Shown here: positions 53,801-61,140 of the stretch, piece after piece
Layout: the number at the start of each line of letters is the position of its first letter
How positions within the stretch are numbered: position 1 is the stretch's first letter
DNA from: Macrostomum lignano
Taxonomy: Eukaryota
NCBI GenBank assembly: GCA_002269645.1
Contig: NIVC01004085.1
Span: forward strand, 1 to 61,140
Direction of reading: 5' to 3'
Length of the DNA: 61,140 bases
The notes under the pieces: generated by a model
What the model was told of the DNA's origin: nothing
The model's input: the letters and a program-made list of their open reading frames with translations, nothing else
The model's database searches: none
Made by a program: the position numbers and the translations under genes

Positions 53801-56800
53801 TCATAGCGGGCACCGACACCACCTCGCAGACGCTCCGCTGGGCGATTCTGTTTCTCATTGAGAATCCAGAAGTTGAGAAGCGTCTTGTGGACGAAATCAA
53901 GCGTGTCGTGGGTTCAGACCGACAGGTGACAATGAAGGACAAGAGCCAGTTGCACTACACCCAGGCCGTGATCGATGAGGTGAACCGGATGGCCTGTCTA
54001 GCTCAGTTAGGCGTCGCTCACAGGTGCACTGAGACTGCCAAGGTGTGCGGCTACGAAATTCCCAAAGACGCGCTGGTGCTGTTCAACATTTTCAACGTGC
54101 ACAATAGCGTCGACCACTTTCCCCAGCCGGAGTGTTTCCAGCCGGAGCGACACCTGGACCAGGAAGGTCGCTACTCGCCAGACGAACACCTGGTCACCTT
54201 TGGGATCGGCAAGAGGGCCTGTCTAGGCGAGAGCCTCGCTCGAATGGAGCTTTTCCTGTTCCTGGCCAACTTGGTCCAGCGGTTCACCTTCCGATTGGAT
54301 CCCGAGGAGACTCGGACCATTGCTGAGATCAAGGCTAATCCAGGACATCAGGGCGGCGGCATCAGAGCTCCGGCGGTGCATAAAATCCAATTCAACAGCC
54401 GGTGCGAAGAGGAATAGTCTGGAGAGTCTGGAGAGTCTGGAGAGTCTGGAGAGTCTGGAGAGTCTGGAGAGTCTGGAGAGTCTGGAGAGTCTGGAGAGTC
54501 TGGAGAGTCTGGAGAGTCTGGAGAGTCTGGAGAGTCTGGAGACTTGATTCAACGGACGGACAGAAATTACATTTGCTTCTTACAGATGCTTACCGTATAA
54601 TTTCTCCCGATTTCTGCAAGGTTATAGCAAGACAAAACTGCTCAATCAAAGTCATGCAGTGCTCAAAATTAGCTCGTATGACACTTTTAGGGACTACCGT
54701 TACAATTACAAAAAAAACAAATTTAGATGTTTTTGTAGTGGGCTAGATGTATTACCCGAAGGTCCTATTTCTTATAATTTAGTACGAGTAATCGCCTTTT
54801 TCAGACGATACTTGTCTACAGTATGGTCGTTCAAAAATAAAATAAATAAATAAAATCTTTCACATTTATTGTTCTAAATTTTTCGTTATGGTTTTCTAAG
54901 GGAAAGCTCCCTTATTCAACAGAAAGTTTCACAGACACACGAACGCAGAATGACTATGCGATTCCCATTTGAATGCGTAGTTTTTTCGGCTTCAGCTTTA
55001 CAAAAGTAAAGATTAATTTTTTTGTATTTTTTATATTTTACTCCTTTCAGAGACCTCTCGATGTATTATCATAGATAGAAGCTGTGGCGTGGGCAGGAAT
55101 TTTAATTGGAGGGGCCGCTACCTTGAAAGGCAACAGTTTAATCGGGGGTTCGATTCTCGACCTCTTGAGTGGGCGCCCCTGTCTCTTGGTGGGCGCCCCT
55201 GTCTCTTGGTGGGCGCCTCTGTCTCTTGGTGGGCGGCGCTGTCTCTTGGTGGGCGCCCTTGTCTCTTGGTGGGCGCCCCTGTCTCTTGGTGGGCACCCCC
55301 TGTCTCTTGGTGGGCGCCCCTGTCTCTTGGTGGGCACCCCTGTCTCTTGGTGGGCGCCACTTTCTCTTGGTTGGCGGCCCTGTCTCTTGGTGGGCGCCAC
55401 TTTCTCTTGGTGGGCGTCCCTGTCTCTTGGTGGGCGGCCCTGTCTCTTGGTGGGCGGCCCTGTCTCTTGGTGGGCGCCCCTGTCTCTTGGTGGGCGCCAC
55501 TTTCTCTTGGTGGGCGCCCCTGTCTCTTTGTGGGCACCCCCTGTCTCTTGGTGGGCGCCCCCTGTCTCTTGGTGGGCGGCCCTGTCTCTTGGTGGGCACC
55601 CCTGTCTCTTAGTGGGCGCCCCTGTCTCTTGATGAGCGCCCCTGTCTCTTAGTGGGCGCCCCTGTCTCTTGGTGGGCGGCCCTGTCTCTTGGTGGGCACC
55701 CCTGTCTCTTAGTGGGCGCCCCTGTCTCTTGATGGGCACCCCTGTCTCTTGGTGGGCGCCCCTGTCTCTTGATGAGCGCCCCTGTCTCTTGGTGGGCACC
55801 CCTGTCTCTTGGTGGGCGCCCCTGTCTCTTTGTGGGCACCCCCTGTCTCTTGGTGGGCGCCCCCTGTCTCTTGGTGGGCGGCCCTGTCTCTTGGTGGGCA
55901 CCCCTGTCTCTTAGTGGGCGCCCCTGTCTCTTGATGAGCGCCCCTGTCTCTTGGTGGGCCCCCCTGTCTCTTGGTGGGCGGCCCTGTCTCTTGGTGGGCG
56001 CCCCTGTCTCTTGGTGGGCACCCCTGTCTCTTGGTGGGCACCCCTGTCTCTTGGTGGGCGGCCCTGTCTCTTGGTGGGCACCCCTGACCTCCGGCTCTCC
56101 TCTGCGTAGGCCGCTGGACAGAAGTGACAGAAAAAATCGGCTTTAGTGATCAAATCAATGTTGGTTCTTCCCTTTTTCTATTCATTTATTTACGATTGGC
56201 ATCGAAAATAAGGCTTACAATCTTTTTCAATTTATCAGACATAAAATATGAATTTATCAACAAATTTTATACCATGTGTAGTCCATGCAGTCTTGAATAT
56301 AATACGACATTAATTTCTTACAAATGAAATAACATGTAAAAAATCCTACCATCCTGAGAATAGTGACTGAGCAATAGCTAAATAATAAGAGCAATAGAAG
56401 TAAAGGTATTTCTTAAGTGTCTTCGAATGAGGTAAACGCAAGGCAAAGCGGATCCTATAGTATCATCCTCTGCTTAGGGACAACTGAAACAGGTGAAATC
56501 AGTAGATTGCATGTCTAAACAACGCCTAGTCATATTTTATTGATGTGTACTCTTTCAAGCTAATTTCGATTAGCCGTCAGTGATAATTGATTAATAAATT
56601 GGCTCCAAATATCCCACAAATTTATTCATAAATCACACGGTGACAGCGAATACTGGGGTAGAATTCTCTCAGAGGCTTCACACTGCCGTTTGATAATTAA
56701 TGACCCTTGGGTAAACATCGCGGCATATGGCGAGAGAAATTAATTGAATAATAGGGATAATACACCGTTCCTAAAGCTGAGAAGTTTGCCTCTCTTGAGT

Positions 56801-58228
56801 TTCGCAATTGCACTTATGATTGCATGCCCCCAGAAGAAGAAGGAAGAAATTATGCAAGTGGACGATCGATGAATGTGAGAAGTTCATCAAGAAGTTGAGC
56901 CATCGGATTCTATGCATACTCATTATTCTGGATCAAGAATAAATATACCTTAGCTATGTAGAACCTTGACCATAATCCCACATTGAAAAGAATTCTTTTG
57001 TCTGAGACAACAAAGGAAAAGTTAGAGAAAGTCACACAGCAATTGTTGTTGGTTACAGTGCTCAAACAGAATCCTTTCCCTCACTACGGAAGTCGATGCA
57101 TTGAGGAAAGCTTTTCTAAAAACTTTTATAGACTATCACAGCTTTTCGACTTTTTTCTCTGCATTGGGATTGTAGCCTAGTGGTTAGAGCGTCGGAAAGG
57201 TCGGGGGTTCGATTCCCGATACCACAGGAATAATTTGTGTCCTTGAGCAAGACACTTAATTCTGCATTGCTTCAGTTCATCCAGCTGTAAAATGGGTGCC
57301 AGCATTAGCTGGGGGTAATTAACGGTGTGTGTGTGGCGACCCCAGTCCATGGACTGAACAGCCGTACGCAGCCTTCAGATGCATCGCGCAATAGCTGCGC
57401 GCAATAGCTGGGAATGCCAGCCGTGCAAGCCGGACAACTTCGGTCAGTTCCCGTCGCACATTGCCGTCACGAACAGCAGCGCCAAATGCCTCAGCCTAAT
57501 CGCTGATTTCTGCCAGAAGAAGCACGGAATCAGTCGCAAGCAGGTGATCAACTATCGCGACCTCGAGGGCAATGTCCCCCTGCACGCTGCGGTGAACTGC
57601 GGCGACCCGAACGCCGTGAGGCTCTGCCTGGAGCTCGAGGCTGACATCGACACCGAGCAGGATGATTCGAGCACACCGGTACACTTCGCCTGTCTGAAAG
57701 GCGAACTGGAGATGGTCCAGATGATGTTCGAATTCCAGCCTAAGAAGGTGCGCGACGTGTTGGCCCACCGGGACAAGAACGGACACACGCCGCTGCACAA
57801 GGCCGTGATGTTCAACCAATCTGAGCTGGTCAAGTTCCTGCTCTCTAAGGTGAGGCCTTATCTAAGAACGCGATGAAGTTATCTAAGAAGCGGTCAACCT
57901 AACTGATAATTGAGATGGCCAACTCAAATGCTGAAAATTACTTTCGCACTGCAGGGCAGCGATCCAGGACAACCAGGATAACACAGCCTTGCTGCTTGCA
58001 GCCCGGAAGAGCGCATTCGACTGTCTGGTCACGCTGTTCTGCTCCGGAGCCGACATTTCCGCTGTTGACGTTGACGGCAGGAATGTCGTCCACTTGTGCA
58101 CCATCAATGGCGCCAAGAAGGACCAGTGGAACAATCCGTGCATTGTTAAAGTTAGTTTTTGATTGATTGATTGATTGATCGATCGATTGATTGATGGATG
58201 GATGGATTGATTGATTGATTGATGGATG

Positions 58229-58307
<79 letters not shown>

Positions 58308-60528
58308 ATTGAAGGTGCAAAAGCACTTGGTGCAATAGGATACCTGTCAAACCAGTCTCAAAACAGCGCCTTCAAATAGCTTCACATCAATCAATTGAAG
58401 AAGCTGGCACCGCTGCTCAACCTGAAGGATCAGTACGGCTGCACGCCGCTGCACTACGCCACGCAGAAGGGCGACCTGATGATCACCGAGAAGCTGCTGC
58501 ACCTGGGCGCCCAATGCCGGGTAGCCAACAATGACCGGAGCACGCCGTTGCACTTCGCCGCCCGCTACGGCCGATTGAACACCTGTCGGCACCTTGTTGA
58601 GTCCGGCCCGCCCCTGCTCACACCCTCGACCGGTTGGGCACTCGCCGTTGCACCTGGCAGCCGAGAATGGGCACGCGAAAATCGTGCGAATTCTCCTGCA
58701 GCGAGGCGCCGTGTTCTAAAAGTGAGGAGGGGGCATTTAATTTGAAAACGCCGAGTCTAAAGTAGGGATCGGCAAACACCGGCCCGCGAAGCCTCTCTAT
58801 CCGGCCCTCATCTTCCTTTGAAACTTCACAATAGTAATGTTCAAGGTTTGTCTCTTCTCAGCTCTCTTCGCAGTTCTGTCCTCCCCCCTCCTCTCATCTC
58901 TCCTCTCTCTCCTTTCATATCCTTTCATATATTCATATCTTCTCTCATCTCTACTTCCTCTCTCCTTCCATCTCTTCTCCTCTCATCTCTTCCTCTCCTC
59001 TTCTCCTTTCATCTACTTCTCTCTCATCTCTCTCCTTTCCTCTCTCTCCTCCTTTCATCTCTTCTCCTTTCCTCTCTAGATAGATTTATCTCTAAATAAA
59101 TAGATTTCGAAAAAGATTTGCACTTTGCACAGGGCAGACTGGGGTTTGGCCATAGACAAATTTCGGTTGAGAAAAAACCGCGCTAGAAAAACTGCACACT
59201 AAAACTACAGAAACAGCAGAATTTTATTTTGGAACTTTCGGAGGTAGACACTGCGGATAGATTATTGAAAAGCCGAAAATTTCCTATCTCTGAAATGCTT
59301 CTTGAGCTTTAGAATGTTTAAACGGCATTATAAGAGTTCTCATTTGAACACGTCACGGGACTGATTATCTACTCAACTGCTGCGAGTTATAATTCAAGTA
59401 GGTAAAGGCTATAGGTATGAAGCATCGATTGGTACTGCTAATTGAAGAATAGTGTAATTTAGCTGTCTATCACAGCCGTCTATATATAGGCAGTTGAAGA
59501 TCTTCATTGAAACTTTAATCATTTTACATTTTAGAGACACTAACGGCAACACCTGCCTACACCTGGCGGCTTCGCAATGGCCACATGACTGCATCAGATT
59601 GCTGCTCAGCGTCAATCCAATTCTTATCGATGCTCAGAACCGAGAAGAGGTGATTTTATTGAAACCCTTTTTTAAAACATATTTGTCTGTCTGTCAGTAA
59701 CTATTTTGAGCTTAACATTTGTTTATCTCGTAGTTTGTGACAATTAATTTCACTTTCTGTCGACCAATAGATACTGTTGAGCTTGAATGAGGTACTGTAG
59801 CTTCTTCTCGAATGAGCACATCTAAAATACTCATTTTTCCAGCTTTCTACGTCTACTCAACGTTTCCACTGAACACACTAATTTAATTAATCTTATCCCA
59901 GCTTAGCACATCAAAGGTGAGCACAGCTAATATTTGACATTTATCGTCCAAGTTGATTTGGCATTTAATTATATTTACCTTTGTCCATCCGCTAATTTTA
60001 CCTTGAACAATCATATTAGGTCCACTCCAACCATAATCAAGCTGGATTACGACTCACTAATTACTTAATTGACCAATGACCGTAGCATTAGATTGCACTA
60101 ATTGACTTGTCCTAGCAGACATCACTACTTATAGCGTATTATCAAGGTTTGTAAAGATTTTTGCCCTAAACTAATTAAACTGGATAGCATAAAAAATCCT
60201 AATGTTGAGTTACAGATGTTACAGTTCAGATTTCCAGTAAATTACGTTGATTACAAGCTTGACCCACCTGAAATTTGAACAGAAAACTGCTCTTACACCT
60301 GGCTGCACAATCTGTGCCAAGCCGAGTCGTGTCGCACCTGCTGAGCTGCGGTGCAGCCTCATCAAGGACTGCAACGGTTACCTTTCGTGAACTACGCCAC
60401 CAGGGCCAAGGAGAAGGAAGTGCTCATAGCCGTGATTCAGCATGCTCGCTGGACTGAAGTGCTGCTCTCCGTGTCTGTCGGGTGCTGCCGTGTTCGAGTG
60501 CATCCAGTACCTGCCCGAGTGTGCTAGT
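50487..60528 (+). CDS. TRPA1: TRPA1-like ankyrin-repeat channel gene, N-terminal part: exons 50487-50846, 51402-51558, 51637-51923, 57421(or 57379)-57849, ~57955-58150, 58380-~58732, 59535-59649, 60283-~60528; the channel domain would lie beyond the window
   Basis: Colinear ankyrin repeats match recalled TRPA1 motifs (PCKPDNFGQFP, PLHAAVNCGD, DQYGCTPLHYA, STPLHFAARYGRLNTC, RW.EVL...ECIQYLPEC). Splice phases are consistent for exons 1-4; exons 5-8 need several indel corrections. Confidence 0.78.
51402..51558 (+). CDS. TRPA1: TRPA1-like exon 2 (ankyrin: EHGQSLLHVAAKAGQTSIIALLIEEGA)
   Basis: ccacag|TGC acceptor, A|gtgagt donor; not listed in the ORF track. Confidence 0.85.
51637..51923 (+). CDS. 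TRPA1: TRPA1-like exon 3 (ankyrin repeats)
   Basis: tttcag|AC (phase 1); GKTALYEA, APVHLA, GYTALHFAC; CTG|gtgagt (phase 0). Confidence 0.9.
52900..54417 (+). CDS. Intronless cytochrome P450, clan 2 (CYP2-like), 505 aa
   Basis: N-terminal TM anchor plus PPNPGWYP proline hinge, WRLYRR (C-helix), AGTDTT (I-helix), EVNR (K-helix), PERH, and heme motif FGIGKRACLG. Confidence 0.97.
   Translation: MFLTVSLCLLAFVLYFVLVAKAPKSGDPPNPGWYPLVGSLPFLREPLEEFLSEKQFAKQPVVVLYMGLEKLYCLNTYEAIKDAFISQGDKFLGRQQTFILPELTGEKAGIILSEDEQWRLYRRLSLKTLRDFGFGRQGAEEIILGEVEELRSRIEDQGIQAGLPLDTVPLLSTAVSNVICQMVFGTRLASEDPEFGRVLEMFQRITQSQNNRTRSMVFQLHQDYYVKLKPLLRLVIALRRKQINIFGELIKFCRKQLEKHKADLGSPEHPRDYIEAFLHQQASNPSEFNDVRLSLAVLDLFIAGTDTTSQTLRWAILFLIENPEVEKRLVDEIKRVVGSDRQVTMKDKSQLHYTQAVIDEVNRMACLAQLGVAHRCTETAKVCGYEIPKDALVLFNIFNVHNSVDHFPQPECFQPERHLDQEGRYSPDEHLVTFGIGKRACLGESLARMELFLFLANLVQRFTFRLDPEETRTIAEIKANPGHQGGGIRAPAVHKIQFNSRCEEE
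54418..54543. repeat. (TCTGGAGAG)n 9-bp repeat, ~14 copies, starting at the P450 stop codon
   Basis: Directly visible. Confidence 0.95.
54836..54855 (+). terminator. Clustered AATAAA polyadenylation signals downstream of the P450
   Basis: AAATAAAATAAATAAATAAAA about 420 nt after the stop; use not demonstrated. Confidence 0.45.
55082..56116. mobile_element. hAT-type MITE containing a 21-bp GC-rich minisatellite (CCTGTCTCTTGGTGGGCGCCC, ~55170-56090)
   Basis: Imperfect TIRs CTGTGGCGTGGGCAG / CTGCGTAGGCCGCTG and flanking 8-bp GATAGAAG (55074-55081) / GACAGAAG (56117-56124). Confidence 0.7.
57166..57410 (+). mobile_element. 3'-truncated tRNA-derived CORE-type SINE abutting TRPA1 exon 4
   Basis: Head and core match the other copies; it ends with a duplicated CGCGCAATAGCTG and joins coding sequence directly. 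Confidence 0.88.
57421..57849 (+). CDS. TRPA1: TRPA1-like exon 4 (ankyrin repeats), 5' boundary uncertain
   Basis: Clean open frame PCKPDNFG...VKFLLSK|gtgagg. Confidence 0.88.
58160..58306. repeat. (GATT)n/(GATG)n microsatellite
   Basis: Directly visible in the intron between exons 5 and 6. Confidence 0.95.
58763..59085 (+). mobile_element. hAT-like MITE 5' end plus a CT-rich tract (homolog of 20818)
   Basis: TAGGGATCGGCAAACACCGGCCCGCGAAGCCTCTCTATCCGGCC is shared with 20818. Confidence 0.5.
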
Positions 60529-60829
60529 GTGAGCAGCATTAAATACCTTTTTTCTGTAGCTTTTCCGGAAAAGAACATGACAAATCAAGTTACAGATTGT
60601 CAATTCAGAGCTACAAAACTAGCAATCTAGTGCCCCCCCTTCGCGGCGCCCAATTAGCAAGGGACGAAATTTATTTATGAAAATCCTTTCAAATAAGAGC
60701 AAATTTTCTTAAAAGCATTCCTATTTCAGTTTAATAAATCACCTTATTCGAGTAAAATTGTTCAAAAGATTGAATAATTACTTTTCGAATAATCTACTTC
60801 CGACCTCTTCAGTCTTGATATCCTAAACA

Positions 60830-60975
60830 ATTCCCCCAGTAAGCCTCGACACCTCAGCAATCCCCAGTAAGCCTCGATATCTCAGTAATTCCCCCAGTAA
60901 GCCTCGACATCTCAGTAATTCCCCAGTAAGCCTCGACATCTCAGTAATTCCCCAGTAAGCTCGACATCTCAGCAA
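60830..60975. repeat. ~29-bp tandem repeat (CCCCAGTAAGCCTCGACATCTCAGTAATT), ~5 copies
   Basis: Directly visible. Confidence 0.9.
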
Positions 60976-61140
60976 TCAGAGTTACCAAAAAGACTTGAAT
61001 CGACCAATCTTTTTATTTTCAATATTGTTACCAACACTGACACAATTCAATGGGGAGTCACAACTCACACTGTTGATAAATAAAAAAGCCTGTTGTGATG
61101 CAGTCTTTATTAAAATTTAGAATTCAGTTGGTCAGTTTTT

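Larger units (their letters stand above)
57955..60528 (+). pseudogene. TRPA1: Indel-disrupted TRPA1-like exons 5-8 (pseudogenised segment or assembly errors)
   Basis: Ankyrin motifs (SPLHLAAENGHAKIVRILLQRGAVF; TALHLAAQ; FVNYATRAKEKEVLIAVIQHARWTEVL) are recoverable only by switching frames several times. Confidence 0.5.

Noticed and set aside
55047-56153. Multiple long overlapping ORFs on both strands
   Set aside because: They are translations of a 21-bp minisatellite inside a MITE.

Overview
Eukaryotic (metazoan) genomic DNA. GC-rich exons lie in AT-rich introns packed with mini- and microsatellites; the poly-Q proteins and this architecture suggest a free-living flatworm such as Macrostomum (inference only). 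Supported genes: (1) condensin I kleisin NCAPH/Barren, + strand, about 6 exons at 1541-14066, with two frame discontinuities in exon 2; (2) a single-exon divergent HMG-box-like ORF at 17573-18280; (3) a minus-strand protocadherin with one large ectodomain+TM exon (41173-38263) and probable cytoplasmic exons down to 24709, ending in ETSFV*; (4) a TRPA1-like ankyrin-repeat gene from 50487 running off the window, whose later exons carry many indels; (5) an intact, intronless clan-2 cytochrome P450 (52900-54417) nested on the SAME strand in TRPA1 intron 3. Mobile DNA includes four tRNA-derived CORE-type SINEs, a 5'-truncated RT/RNase H LINE with a 7-bp TSD, and a hAT-type MITE with an 8-bp TSD and an internal minisatellite. 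The most striking observation: the P450 is preceded by a splice acceptor in frame with the TRPA1 exon 3 donor and followed by poly(A) signals, while the next TRPA1 acceptor is disrupted by a SINE and the downstream exons look decayed. This predicts a possible ankyrin-P450 chimeric transcript. Assembly indel errors are a serious alternative explanation for all frameshifts. All splice models were read by eye.
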